Part shown: in pieces, positions 12,007 through 25,529 of the stretch
Numbering within the stretch: the stretch's first letter is position 1
Layout of the letters: each line of letters starts with the position of its first letter
Source: Malacoraja senta
Lineage: Eukaryota
Direction: 5' to 3'
Assembly: GCA_038087875.1 (NCBI GenBank)
Contig: JAXLNO010000676.1
Span: 1 to 64,000, forward strand
Length of the DNA: 64,000 bases
Position numbers and translations under genes: made by a program
The notes under the pieces: generated by a model
The model's database searches: none
The model's input: only the letters and a program-made list of their open reading frames with translations
Told to the model about the DNA's origin: nothing

Positions 12007-12446
12007 GTTACCACCACCAACAACCATTTGCAGTGCAGCATTTCTAAGCAGTTACCACCACCAACAACCATTTGCAGTGCAGCATTTCAAAGCAGCTACC
12101 ACCACCAACAACCATTTGCAGTGCAGTATTTCAAAGCAGTTACCACCACCAACAACCATTTGCAGTGCAGCATTTCAAAGCAGTTACCACCACCAACAAC
12201 CATTTGCAGTGCAGCATTTCAAAGTAGTTACCACTACCAACAACCATTTGCAGTGCAGCATTTCAAAGCAGTTACCACCACCAACAACCATTTGCAGTGC
12301 AGCATTTCAAAGCAGTTACCACCGCCAACAACCATTTGCAGTGCAGCATTTCAAAGCAGTTACCACCACCAACAACCATTTGCAGTGCAGCATTTCAAAG
12401 TAGTTACCACTACCAACAACCATTTGCAGTGCAGCATTTCAAAGCA
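12007..12446. repeat. 44-bp minisatellite (10 copies) inside the Helitron
   Basis: Unit GTTACCACCACCAACAACCATTTGCAGTGCAGCATTTCAAAGCA. Confidence 0.97.
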
Positions 12447-12544
12447 ACCACATTTTCATTTTCAAACCACATTAAGGGCACTCACAGTTGAGTAGACATG
12501 TGTCCAGTGTTATTCACAGCTCAGAGAGACGTGACTCACTCGCT

Positions 12545-12625
12545 TCCTCCATCTTGCAGAGACTGAGTGAGGCACAACACGTCCGAGTTTTATAGTCCCT
12601 CCCCCTCCCACCAGCAGGGGCAGCA
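12545..12625 (-). promoter_or_regulatory. Candidate Pol II core promoter 2 in the Helitron
   Basis: Minus strand: TATAAAA (12594-12588), Inr-like TCAGTC (A at 12564, 30 nt from the TATA) and CAAGATGG. Homologous to 11080-11160. Confidence 0.55.
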
Positions 12626-13068
12626 GAGAGAATGTCAAAAATGTTTAAACATTAATAACTCTTTTATTTTTCATCGATGGGAAAAATCCTCTTGTCCTGC
12701 GCAGCGGAGGGGGGCTCTGAGTAAGATGGCCAAAAATCACAGCCGTAAGTGGCAGCGTTGTTTCAAAAATCATGAAACAGAAAAACAGAAGTGGTCAAGA
12801 TCTTACTTTTAGTCATTTAGATAGAACAAACGAATGAGAGATATGCAAAAAAGTAACGATGGTAAAGGAAACAGGCCATTGGTAGCTGTGGGCTAGGTGA
12901 AAACGAGTCACAGACACTGAAACTCAACAAGACAATGTTGAAGCTGGTACGACTTGGGAAGGGTGGAGGGATGGAGAGAGAGGGAGAGAGAGGCAAGTTA
13001 GAGAAATCAATTATTGTACCACTGGGCTGTAAGCTGCCCAAGCAAAATATGAGATGCTGTTCCTCCTG

Positions 13069-13362
13069 TGTCATGTCACCACTGTGACATGTGGCACATG
13101 CTTCACATCAGTGGGGCAATACTCTAGTGTGCAGGAAGCACACTGTGTCTTCAACATAGGTACTGGTGTAGCAGCACCTGGTGGTGCCTTGTGGTAATCG
13201 AACCCTCGTAGTCTCATGAGCGCGGGTGTTCTATTGGCAGTTTGTTTTTGATTTAACTGTTAGTAACTTTTTGGCCGTCTTATTCGAGTCGGGTCACTCA
13301 TTGTTTGTGTTCGAAAATAAAGAACTTTTCGCACACCCTAAAGTCTCGACTCGCCAAACTGG
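13069..13362 (+). mobile_element. Possible solo LTR
   Basis: Starts TGTCATG, has AATAAA near the end followed by CTCGACTCGCC; the 3' CA and a TSD were not resolved. Confidence 0.4.
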
Positions 13363-13605
13363 TTTAGTTTAGTTTAGAGGTACAGGCCCTTCGGCCCACC
13401 GAGTCCGTGCCGACCAGCGGTCCCCGCACATTAACACTATCCTACACACACTAGGGACAAGTTACACATACACCAAGTTAATTTTTTCCCCCTCCTGTCA
13501 TGTACTATGTTTACATATTCTGTTGTGCTGCAGCAAGCATGAATTTCATTGTCCTATCTGGGACGTATGACAATAAAAACACTCTGGGCTCTTAACCTAC
13601 ATACG

Positions 13606-16424
13606 AATGAATGAATACTTTATTGTCATTATAACATGTAAAACATGTACAACGAAAATAAAAATGCCAACCAGTCAGTGCACCAGTCTAAAATAAACAA
13701 CTAAAATAAATAACATGAAAAAAACCCAAGTATAAACACACAACCATACATTCTTCTGTCGATTTCACAATCCCTTTGGTATGTAGCGCACCTGTACTCA
13801 TTTGGTGGCTACATTAAGTGTAGTTATTGCTGTGGGATAAAAACTGTTTTTGAGTCTGTTTGTCCTTGTCCTCATTGATCTGTACCATCTGCCTGACGGC
13901 AACAGTTCAAACAGGGAGTGTCCGGGGTGGAAAATGTCCTTTATGATGTTCTGGGATTTTTTGAGACAGTGGGAACTGTGTAGGTCCTCCAAGGTGATAA
14001 GAGGGCAGCCGATGATCTTCTGGGCGTTGTCAATAGCCCTCTGGAGCGCTTTCCTCTTAGCCGCTGTGCAGCTGGTGTACCACACGCATACACAGTATGT
14101 TAGGATGCTCTCTATTGAGCACCGATAAAAGGATAGCAGCAGGCTCTGGGTGATGTTGTTCTTCCTGAGCACCCTCAGGAAGTACAGTCTCTGCTGGATC
14201 TTTTTCAGCAGCGCAGAGGTGTTCACGCTCCAAGTCAGGTCCTCCTCAATGTGGATTCCCAGGAAGCGGAAATCCGCCACCCTCTCCACACAGTCCCCAT
14301 CGATGATTAGTGGTGTAATGTCCGTTTTCTTCTTCCTGTAGTCTATTATGAGCTCCTTGGTCTTTGAGGTGTTGAGGAGCAGGTTATTCTCCCCACACCA
14401 CCCTGTCAGCTGCTCCACCTCATCCCTGTAGGCGTACTCATCCCCCCCCAGAGATGAGCCCCACCACCGTGGTGTCATCCGCGAATTTGACAATGGTGTT
14501 ACTGTGGTGGGCGGGGGTGCAGTCATATGTGTAGATGGTGTAAAGCAGGGGGCTCAGCACGCAGCCCTGTGGAGAGCCGGTACTGAGGCTGAGGGCCGTA
14601 GATGTGTGATGGCCCACTCGGACTCTCTGACTGCGACCCGACAGGAAGCTCTTTATCCACATGCAGGTGGAGTGTGGAAGTCCCAGGTCCCCCAGTTTGT
14701 CCACCAGTTTGTGGGGAAGGATGGTGTTAAAAGCAGAGCTGTAGTCCACAAAGAGCATCCACACGTAGCTCCCCCGCTGCTCCAGATGTGACAGTGCAGC
14801 ATGGAGGGCTGTGGCTACAGCATCCTCTGTGGATCTATTCGCTCTATACGCAAACTGGTGGGGGTCAAAGCTTCGGGGCAGCAGTGATGTGATGTGACCC
14901 CGGACCAGTTTTTCAAAGCACTTCATCACCACTGGTGTGAGTGCGACTGGCCGGTAGTCGTTGAGGCTGGAAATGTGGGGGTTTTTGGACAAGGGGACTA
15001 TGGTGGAGGACTTCAGACAGGGTGGGACAGTGGACTGGGCCAGAGACTGGTTGAAAATCCTCGTAAAGACTCCAGCCAGCTGGTCTGCGCAATCCTTCAG
15101 CACGCGTCCAGAAACGCCGTCGGGTCCAGCAGCCTTCCTCGGATTGATGGCCCGCAGCGTGCGCCTCACCTCATGCTCCTCTATTTTGAGGGATAAGCTG
15201 CTGTTGGCCATGTGGTGTGATATGGCTGTCTCTGGTGGCTCCACTTCAAAGCGAGCAAAGAAGAGGTTCAGCTCCTCTGCCAGCGAGGCGTCACCTTCAG
15301 CAGCTCCAAGGTTGGTCTTGTAGTTGGTGAGATACTGGATCCCCTGCCACACCTGCCTGCTGTTGTTACTGTCCAGGTGGTCCTATATCCTCCTCCTGTA
15401 GTCTGATTTGGCCTCTCTGATGCCTCTCTTCAGGTTAGCTCGGGCCGTACTGTATAAAGCCCTATCGCCAGACCTAAAAGCGGTGTTCCTCTCTTTTAAC
15501 AGCCGCTGGACCTCCCGGGTCATCCAGGGCTTCTGGTTGGGGTAGACCCAGATGCATTTGTCCACTGTGACAGTGTCCATGCAGTTTTTAATGTAACATA
15601 GTACACTGTCTGTGAACACCTCCAGGTCCTGGTGTTCAAACACATCCCAATTGGTCCTGTCGAAGCAGTCCTGCAGCTGCTGAGAGGCACCATCAGGCCA
15701 AGTTGTGATGGTCTTTGTGATGGTAGGAGCAGTTTTCCTGAGGGGGGCATATGCAGGAATTAAAAGCAGGGACATATGGTCAGACAGGCCCAGGTGTGGT
15801 AGTGGTCTAGCCCTGTAGCCCAGCTTGATGTTGGAGTAGACCTTGTCCAGTGTGTTAGCTTCTCTTGTAGCACATTTAACATGCTGATAGAATTTGGGGG
15901 GCATTGCCCTCAAGTCCGCATGATTAAAGTCCCCTGCTATGATGTGAACAGCGTCAGGATATGTGCTCTGCTGGCTGCTAGTATTACCATACATATGTCC
16001 GATAGCCGAGTTAGCATTAGCATCCGGTGGTATGTATACAACAGTTATCATGACGACAGTAAACTCTCTAGGGAGATAAATGGGCCTGCATTTAACAGTC
16101 ACATACTCCAGGTCCGGGGAGCAGTGACTGTCTACAATCACTGTGTTAGTACACCAGTTGTTGTTCACGTACACACAGAGCCCTCCTCCTCTGCTCTTAC
16201 CGGAGTCTCTTGTCCTGTCATGACGCTGTGCGGTGTAGCCTGTCAGCTCGATAGCAGAGTCCGGAATGAATGAACGAAGCCATGTCTCCGTGATCAACAG
16301 AATGCAGCTGTCCTTCACGGCGTTGTTAGCTGCAGTTTGTAGCCTCAGTTCATCCATCTTGTTAGCGAGGGATCTGGCGTTCGTGAGAAACAGGCTGGGA
16401 AGCGGTGGTTTGAGTGGCTGCCTC
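13606..16424 (-). mobile_element. Rex1/Babar-clade LINE, most of the ORF retained (APE plus RT), with frameshifts
   Basis: APE motifs ITETWL, GGGLCVYV, VYIPP, AGDFN, TLDKVY and SDH. RT motifs [55 protein letters not shown] and KFADD. (ATTC)n tail. Splits an HE1 SINE. Confidence 0.93.
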
Positions 16425-16773
16425 TGTACGCCTTAGGAGTGTGGGAGGAAACCGAAGATCACGCAGGTCACGGGGAGAACGTACAAACTCCGTACAGACA
16501 GCACCCGTAGTCGGGTTCGAACCCGGGTCTCCGGCACTGCAAGCACTGTAAGGCAGCAACTCTACCCGCTGCGCCACCGTGGCCGCCGTGCCCTTCACCC
16601 AATTTGACCCTTGAACTCTCCAGTTGCTATGTCTCACAGTGTCTGCCTTAATCTGTAGGTTTATGGTGAGGGGGGGAAAAGATTGAATAGGAATCTGAGG
16701 GGTAACGTTTTCACACACAAAGATTGGATGGTGTACGGAACGAGCTGCCAGAGGAGGTAGTTGATGCAGGGAC

Positions 16774-16775
<2 letters not shown>

Positions 16776-16811
<36 letters not shown>

Positions 16812-18360
16812 TGCCTTTATTGTTATTGTACTTAGAAATACAACGAAATTAGGAGAGCTACTCTTGATCAGTGCAACCATATCAAAACTAAACAAGACAA
16901 AAACACATCCAATACATTCAATATGTTAATTAACTGCTTAAAATAGTCGATAAATTATAATTATCACACCTAGGCAGAACATTGCACTGGGAGAATATTA
17001 CACTTTAAAATTTAATAAATACTTTAAAAGTTAAAAAAGAAGAAATATTAGCTGAGTGGTCTGTTTTTATAGTGGAATGGATGACAGCATCTCTTCATGT
17101 CGTGTGGGTATTTGAAGAATTTAAGGGCCTGTCCCACTTGGCCGTCATTTGCGCGTAATTTACGCGACATCATTTACGCGTCACGACGCGCGCATCGTGA
17201 CACGGACGTGATCCGCGCATGGTGCGTGATGACAAAGGCAGTGACGCGCGGCCACGCAGGATTTAGTAATGTACAAATTTTTCACGCGCCACCTGCGTGA
17301 CACGCAAATGATGGCCAAGTGGGACAGGCCCTTTAGAGTTCTGATGGCCCAGGGAAAGAAACTGTTCTTGAGTCTGTTTGTCCGGTTTTTGACGCACCTG
17401 TACCGCCTACCAGAGGGCAGGAGGTTGAACAGTGACTGGATGTCCAGGATGGGAGGGGTCTTTGATTATTTTCCTGGCTCTGCAGAGGCACCGAGAGCTG
17501 GAGATGTCTCCCAGGAAAGGCAGAGGGCAGCCGATGATTTCCTGGGCAGTTTTGATCACTCTCTGCAGGGCTCTCCTGTCTGCTGCTGAGCAGCCGGCAT
17601 ACCACACCGTGATACAATAGGCCAGCACACTCTCGATGGTGGAGCAGTAGGAGGCCACCAGCAGCTTCTCCTCTGGACTGTTCTTCCTTAGCACTCTCAG
17701 GAAGTGCAATCGCTGCTGGGTCTTTTTTTACCACCGCTGAAGTGTTGGCAGACCAGGAGAGTGCGATCTTAGGAATTTGAAGGTGGAAACCCTCTCGACA
17801 CAGTCCCCGTTGATGTAGAGTGGGGCAGGTTTCCGCTCTGTGCCTTCTGTAGTCGATGACCATTTCCTTTGTTTTGCTGATGTTGAATGCCAGGTAGTTC
17901 GCAGAACACCACTCTGACAGCTTCAGGACCTCGTCTCTGCACGCTGCCTCGTCTCCTCCTGATAGGAGTCCGACCACCGGGGTGTCATCCGCGAATTTAA
18001 TAATGGAGTTTGTGGAGTGGGTGGGAGTGCAGTCTTAAGTGTACGGAGCGTAGAGGAATGGACTCAGCACACAGCCCTGTGGAGAACCAGTGCTGAGAGT
18101 GAGGGTGGAGGAGCAATGGGGGCCCCATTTTGACTGTCTGTGGGCGGTTAGTGAGGAAGTCCTTTATCCAGGCGCAGGTGAGAGGGGGGGAAGTCTAAAT
18201 CCGACACCTTGTTGACTAGTATGTCAGGGATGATCGTATTGAAAGCTGAACTATAGTCAATAAAAAGGATCCTTACATGGTTCCCCGGATGTTCCAGATG
18301 GCTCAGTGCAGTGTGGAGGGCAGTGGCGATGGTGTCCTCCGTCGATCTGTTTGCTCCATA
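16776..18360 (-). mobile_element. Second, more degraded Rex1/Babar LINE (RT and 3' end)
   Basis: FLRVLRKN, IESVLAYCITVWY and KFADD-region motifs, (ATT)n tail; interrupted by a Harbinger MITE. Confidence 0.88.
17124..17332. mobile_element. PIF/Harbinger MITE type B
   Basis: TIR AGGGCCTGTCCCACTTGGCC(G/A)TCATTTGCG, TTA TSD on both sides, CpG-rich core. Confidence 0.9.
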
Positions 18361-20379
18361 AACAAACTGATGAGGGTCAAGGTTTGGAGGGAGGCCGGCT
18401 TTGATGTGCTGTGAAATTCATTAATCGCAACGTTCAAGAAACTTTTAGACAGGTTTAGAGGGATATGGCCCAAATGCAGGCAGGTGGGTCTGGTGAAGAT
18501 GGGACATGTTGGTCGGTGTAGGCATTGGGCTGAGGGGCCTGTTTCCACGCTGTATCACTCAATGACTTATCTGTGACTCTATGACTAGCCTTTATTCTAA
18601 CCATCATCCTATCAACCTCTGGCAACCTATTCCTCTCACCTCTGGCAACCTTTCACGCTTTGTTCTGCCTCTCCTCTCTCTGATCTCCCCCCCCCCCCCT
18701 CCCCCCACCCCCTCCTTACACACAGAGGGTGGTGGATGTACGGAGCAAGCAGCCAGAGGAGGTAGTTGAGGGTGGGGCTATCCCATCATTTAAGAAAGTT
18801 GGACAGGTACATGGATAGGACAGGTTTGGGGGGGGATATGGACCAAGCGCAGGCAAGTGGGACTAGGATAGCTGGGACATTGTTGGGCAAGGTGGGTCGA
18901 AGGGCCTGTTTCCACACTGTATCACTCTATGACAATCAGTCTGAAGAAGGGTCGCGCTCTGAAATGTCACCTATCCATGCTCTCCAGGGGTAGAACATAG
19001 TACTGTCCAGCACAGCAACGGGCCCTTTGGCCCACAATGTTTGTGTCGAACATGATGCCAAATTAAACTGAACTCATTGGCCTGTAGGTGATCCGTATCC
19101 CTCTATTCCCTGCACTTCCATGAGCCTATCTAAAAGCCTCTTAAACACCACTATTGTATCTGTCTCCACCACCACCCCTGGCAATGCGTTCCAGGCCCCC
19201 ACCACCCTCTGTGTAAAACACTTGTCCCACACATCTCCATTAAACTTCGTAACTTCTATTGGATCACCCCTCCGCTCCCAATGTTCCAGAAGCAACAAGC
19301 CATGTTGGGGTGGGAGATTGCAACCTTCACGTGGTCCGCCCTGTTTCGACGAATGCAATCAACCTGGCGTGCACAATCAAATAAGATCAAATAGAACAAG
19401 TTGTCCGACAACTTTACCCTCTCACCCTGGCCACAAACTCCTTGAATCACTTCCCTCTGGAAGGCGACTCCAGACTGTCAAAGCTGCCACAGCCAGACAT
19501 AAAAACACCTTTTTTCCACGAGCAGTAACTCTACTCAATAACCAAAAATCTGTAGCCTCCTTTTGCTCTGGTATTTTATTTAATTCACATGTTTAATCAC
19601 TAATGTTTTATTATTAATGTTTAACGTTTTATGTGTCATTCCTAACTGTCACTGTATGTCATTGTCACTTGCGGGTGGAGCACCAAGGCAAATTCATTGT
19701 ATGTGAATAATTGTCCAATAACTTATTCATTCATTCATTCATTCATTCATTCAACTTGAGGCTTGCACTCCATACGCAAGAACAATCCATGTCTGTCCAA
19801 TCTTTCCTTATCATTATTACTCTTTGATCCAGGCAGCATTCTAGTAAACCTCTTCTTCATCTTTCTGCTACAGCGTGTAGAACACAACTTCCCAAAGCAC
19901 CGTAAACAAAATATTGCAACGCAATGTTGGAGGAAGGAACTGCAGATGCTGACTTAAGCCGAATATAGACACAAAAAGCTGGAGTCACTCAGCGGGACAG
20001 GCAGCATCTCTGGAGAGAAGGAATGGTTGACGTTTCCGGTAAACACCCTTCTTCAGACAGACAGTAACGCAATGGTGAGTCGAAGAGGCAGACCAACGAG
20101 GAGTGCTGTAACCTTCAGAACAATTATTGAATCATGACCTCTGCCTGGGGTGCGAGATTGCAACCTTCACGTGTTTCGACGAATGCAATCAACCCGGCGT
20201 GCACAATCAAACAAGATCAAATAGAACAAGTTGTCCGACAACTTTAGGCACACCATACGCAAGAAGAAGGTGTCCTCTGCCCCTGTGGCTACATCTGATA
20301 GTAGCTCAGGACCGCTCTCTGGTTGTGGTAGGATGGTTCAGTTGCCGGATAACAGCTGGGAAGGAACTGCCCCTGCATC

Positions 20380-21250
20380 TGGAGATGGCACTAGGGGCCC
20401 CGCATTGATGGCAGCCTCTGCCTACAGTCCATTTTTTCTATCTTTTTTAAATTTTAGTTTGTCTTAGCAGTATGTTTTGGAGGGTTCTTTAGTTTTTCTA
20501 TGTGGGGGAGGGGGGTAGGGTAAGGGGGAAACCGTTTCCCAGTCACTTCCAGGCGAGGATGCGACTATTCTCCGAGTCACGTCCTCGCCCCCTCCTCGCG
20601 GCCTACCCCTTGGATTGGTGCGGCCTTTCCTGCCGGGGACCGGACCAGATCTTCAGTAGCGGCGGAGCAGCGCTTGATTCACCGCGGAACGGGGCGATGC
20701 CTACCTGGATCGCCGTTTGAAGCTCCGGAGCGTTGGGCCTGCAGCATCAACATCGCAGAGCTGAGGTTCGTAGAGCTCCCAGCGCGGGCGGCGCTGACTT
20801 CAACATTGCGGAGTCCTGGGATCCCTTTGCCGAGGGCCGCCAGCGTTGAATCTCCGGCCAGCGCGGCCTGTGGACTTCGGGTGCCACGAACTCCGGTAGG
20901 AAGCGGCCGATTCGGAGGTCCAAGCCGCTGAGGTTGTCCTCCCGTTCCGACGTCGGAGTTCCATCATCCCGGCGAGCGGGCCTGAGTGGCGGGCCGCCCG
21001 TAGCGGCGACTGTGGAGGGCTAGGGAGGCCCCCGACTACGGGTGAACATCAAGAACAGCAGAGGAAGATGACTGACTTTGGTGCCTTCCCTCACAGTGGG
21101 AAAGTTTTGATTCTGCTGTGTGGGGATATTTTTATGTTGGACTCTATCGTGTGTTGTGTTCTTTATTTTCTTTGTATGGCTGTATGGTGACCACACGTTT
21201 CACTGTGCCAACTGGTACATGGGACAAATAAATGTATCTTGTAATCTTGA
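20380..21250 (+). mobile_element. GC-rich non-coding retroelement with a Rex/L2-type 3' tail
   Basis: Starts near GAGATGGC, has a CpG-rich core, and ends TTTCACTGTG..GGTACATGGGACAAATAAA plus (ATCTTG)n, like the Rex-type tails elsewhere in the window. A related 3' end lies at about 5880-6055. Confidence 0.5.
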
Positions 21251-22057
21251 GGTGGGCATTTTCACACTTTTATACCTTTTGCCCGATGGGAGAGGGGAGA
21301 AGAGGGGAGTGTTGTGGTGTGGGCGAGTTGTTATAGTTTGTTTTGTTGATATTATTATTGGAAATAGTTGAATAAATTTAGTTTTGATTAAAGAAAAGGT
21401 AGGCGGTGTCGTTACAGACTTCACAAAGGCTTTTTAAAAAGTTTCACATCGCACTTTATGGACAAATGACACACAAAGTATGTACAAGGGTTGGGCAATT
21501 CGTTTAAACATTTAACGTGGCCATTTGAAAAGTAGCTCAACTGTGAAATTACAAAAACACATAACAATGTCACCACATATTTCTATACAAGGCAAATAAT
21601 CTGTAGTCACCTTCACAATGTGCAGTCACAATGGTTTTTCTTTCACCCCATAGCGACATAGTCATGGAGCACGGAAACTGGTCCTTCGGCCCAACTTGTC
21701 CATGCCCCATCTCCATTAGTCCCAACTGCCCGTGTTTGGCCTATATTCCTCTGGCTGAGGGGAAGGTGACAACGAGGCATACAATCAGTAAAATTAATCA
21801 GTGAAACTAGTTGGAGAACTGAGGCAGTGTGGAACTCATTGCCACATATGGCTGTGGAGGCCAAGTCAATGGATATTTTTAAGGCAGAGATTGACAGATT
21901 CCTGATTAGTACGGGCTTCTGGGGTTATGGGGAGAAGGCAGGAGAATGGGATTGAGAGGGAAAGATAGATCAGCCATGATTGAATGGCGGAGTAGACCTG
22001 ATGGGCCGAATGGACAAATTCTGCTCCTATAAACTCCTAGAATTTATGAACTTACAT

Positions 22058-23750
22058 TCAAGCTAATATCAATATAAGCAGGGAAGAGGTGGGATTGGAC
22101 TCGGGACAAGTCGACCCACATGGCACAAGGCAACATCCACCCAGAGAAGAAAGCTGGTAGTTGCTGATGTCTGTCAGAGGCAGAGAGATGCACAAAGGCA
22201 GTCGCACAGTCCAAACATGGGCCAGTGGACTACCTGGGAAACCTTGGAGCATCGTAAGCTTACCAGGAAGGATCCGTGGGAGATGGAAGGAAGATGTCTT
22301 AGCTTCATCATCGGAGCCACATACAATGTTTTTCCCACACCCAAGAACCTAAACCAGTGGCTTGGAGAAGATCCGTCACGTTCTCTCTGCCAAACCCCAG
22401 CAACATTAAGGCACATCCTCACTGGCTGCAAAACCAGTCTTTCACAAGGCCGCTACACCTGGAGGCACAATCAGGTCCTGCAACAACTGGCGATTACCTT
22501 GCAAGGAAGGAGAACTACCACCAATGCCCTCCCTCCCCCAACGCCTGGTTTTTCCAACACCACCCCTTTTTGTAAAGGCAGGACAACTTCCAGAGAAGCC
22601 ATTTGCAAGAAAGGAACTGACCCTCCTGGACACGGCCAGGGACTGCTATTCTTGCTATTGAGGGAGTGCAGCGTAGGTTTACAAGGTTAATTCCCGGGAT
22701 GGCGGGACTGTCATATGCTGAGAGAATGGAGCGGCTGGGCTTGTACACTCTGGAGTTTAGAAGAATGAGAGGGGATCTCATTGAAACATATAAGATTGTT
22801 AAGGGTTTGGACACGCTAGAGGCAGGAAACATGTTCCCGATGTTGGGGGAGTCCAGAACCAGGGGCCACAGTTTAAGAATAAGGAGTAAGCCATTTAGAA
22901 CGGAGACGAGGAAACACTTTTTCTCAGAGTGGTGAGTCTGTGGAATTCTCTGCCTCAGAGGCAGGTTCTCTGGATGCTTTCAAGAGAGAGCTAGATAGGG
23001 CTCTTAAAAATAGTGGAGTCAGGGGATAAGGGGAGAAGGCAGGAACGGGGGACTGATTGGGGATGATCAGCCATGATCACATTGAATGGCGGTGCTGGCT
23101 CGAAGGGCCGAATGGCCTACTCCTGCACCTATTGTCTATTGACTGGAAAATGCAGGCTGATCAAGACCAGAAGCTCATCTTTCCACCTGAGATCATCATA
23201 ACTAATCTCAGGCCGGGCCTGATCGTGTGGTCAACCTCACAGAAGTCCCTGTACATCGTGGAGTTAACTGTGCCTTGGGAGGCTGCAGTCGACGAAGCGC
23301 ATGAACGCAAATGTCTGAAGTATTCAGACTTAGCAGCCGAGGCAGAACAACGCGGCCGGCGTACCCAGGTGCTCCCTTTAGAGGTTGGTGGTAGAGGGTT
23401 TGTGTAGCCATGTCATCAACCAGACTCCTGAGGGGAATGGGAGTTCGAGGACAGGCCTTCCGGCAAGCCGTCGGGTCGCTGTCAGAGGCTGCCGAGCGAA
23501 GCAGCAACTGGCTGTGGCTGAAGAGGAAGGACTCCAACTGGGCTGCAAAATGACCAGCAAGAGGGGTAAAAATGAGGGGAGCGCACCTGGGACGCCAGGT
23601 GTTGCTGTTGAGCCCTCTGGAGGTGTCGTGGGCCTATCAACGAAACACCAAGGAAGGAGGGTGACCCCAATGAAGTCTTTACCCCTACCCCCACTCAAGA
23701 TATTAAGAAGGTGCCAATTATAGTAGGGATTGTAATATCAAGTCCATCAA
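22058..23750 (+). mobile_element. Hero-clade (R2 superfamily) non-LTR element, 3' part
   Basis: GQWTTWE, LSFIIGATYNVFPTPKNL, CQTPATLRHILTGC, RYTWRHNQVL, LRPGLIVWS, ELTVPWE, KY and PLEVGGRGFV (zinc knuckle plus restriction-like endonuclease). Confidence 0.9.
22646..23140 (+). mobile_element. CR1/HER1-like LINE 3' fragment inside the Hero element (many similar fragments throughout the window)
   Basis: [35 protein letters not shown] motifs, (CTATTGT)n tail, GACTG duplicated at 22641 and 23141. Confidence 0.92.
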
Positions 23751-25529
23751 GCTCAACTGAGGTAAGTAATGGAACCAGAGATCAGGCATGAAAGTGGGGA
23801 GCAAGATACGAAAGCTAGACACGAAAAGCAGGTCAGGCAGCATGGTGGACACAAAATGCTGGAGTAACTCAGCGGGACAGGCAGCATCTCTGGAGAGAAG
23901 GAATGGGTGACGTTCCGGGACCAGACCCTTCTTCAGGCTGAGAGTCAGGGGGTACAGAGTTAGGCTTCCCTCGATCATAAGTGATAGGAGTAGAAATAGG
24001 CCATTCGGCCCATCAAGTCTACTCCGCCATTCAATCATGGCTGATCTATCTTTCCCTCCTAACCCCATTCACCTGCCTCCTCCCCACAACAGAGTCCGGC
24101 TTGATCTGACGGAATGGCCGAGTGGGCGTCAAGCAGCATACAGCCTTTCCCTGTAAGTAATTAAATAATAATAATAAATAATAATCAATATTAATCCCCT
24201 TTTCAGGGGAAATTCAGATGAGAAGTAAATGATCCAGTTAAATGATTAAATCCTGTAAATGATCTATTTCTCGTGCCCTTGGTTGGAGACTCCTCTGTGA
24301 ACACAAGCAGCTTTTGCCTTGTCCAGTCAGTACTGCTCAGCATTCTGATGCTCTGTCAACCCTAGCCATAACTTTCATTGTTCCAAGGACAATACCAACT
24401 ACTGTAGCTGCTAAATTTAACTGAACTTCCTTCCGCTGTGAATTTGAGCATAATAGTCCAGTTTAGTTCAGAGATTCAGCGCGGAAACAGGCCCTTCAGC
24501 ACACCGAGTCCGCGCCCACCAGCAATCCCCGCTCGCCAACACTATCCTACACACACTAGGGACAATTTACTATTTTACCGAAGCCCATTAACCTATAAAC
24601 CTGTACGTCTTTGGAGTGTGGGAGGAAACCGGAGCACCCGGGGAAAACCCACGCAGGTCACGGGGAGAACCTGCAAACTCCGTACAGGCAGCACCCGTAG
24701 TCAAGATTGAACCGGGGTCTCTGGCGCTGTAAGGCAGCAACTCTACCGCTGCGCCACCGTGCCGCCCTAATATTCCAGCTGCAATCCGGTTAATGTTATC
24801 AAGGGTTACCATCCTTTTGTTTCGTTGTCTATGTCTGTTGTTCATATCACTACTTGTCATCTTCAAAGATGTGCAATCACCCAGATCCTGGTGAAAAAAG
24901 GTGCCTTGAACATGACGTTAGATAGAGTGGTCAAGAAGGGTTTCGGCACATTGGCCTTCATCAGAGTATTGAACATAGAAGTAGAGAAGTTGTGTTGTAC
25001 TAAGACGTTGGTGAGGCCACATTTAGAGTATTGTGTTCAGTTCTGGGCACCACGTTATATGATAGATGTTGTCAAGCTTGAAAGGGTGCAGAGAAGATTT
25101 ACCTAGATGTTGCCAGGACTCAAGGGACTGAGCTATGGGGAAAGGATAAGCAGGCTGGGTCTTTATTCCTTGGAGTATGGGAGGATGAGTGATGATCTTA
25201 TACAGGAGTACAAAACAAAGGGAGGAATAGATCGGGTAGACGCACAGTCTTTTGCCGAGAGTAGGGGAATTGAGAACCAGACAACATAGATTTAATGTGG
25301 GGGGGGGGGGGGAGGTACGGAACAAGCTGCCAAAGTTGGTAGTTGAGGCAAGTACTATCGCAACGTTGAAGAAACATTTAGACAGGTACATGGATAGGAC
25401 AGGCTTAGAGGGATTTGAATCCAAAACATTAGTATAGGTGGGGCAAGTGTAGATGGGCCATGTTGGTTGGCGTGGTCAAGTTGGTCCGAAGGGCCTGTTT
25501 CCATGCTGTGTGACTCTAGGACTCCGTTA

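Larger units (their letters stand above)
10317..12821 (-). mobile_element. Non-autonomous composite Helitron
   Basis: Minus strand starts A|TCTAAATGACTAAAAG and ends with hairpin GGGACCCAACGCGTCCC, then ACTTAGT, then CTAG|T. It is inserted at an AT dinucleotide without TSD; the host Penelope pLTR rejoins as gagata|tagaacaaa. Confidence 0.9.

Noticed and set aside
10493..12495. Repeat-protein ORFs in the Helitron arrays
   Set aside because: Open in several frames only because the repeat units lack stops; no splice or start context.
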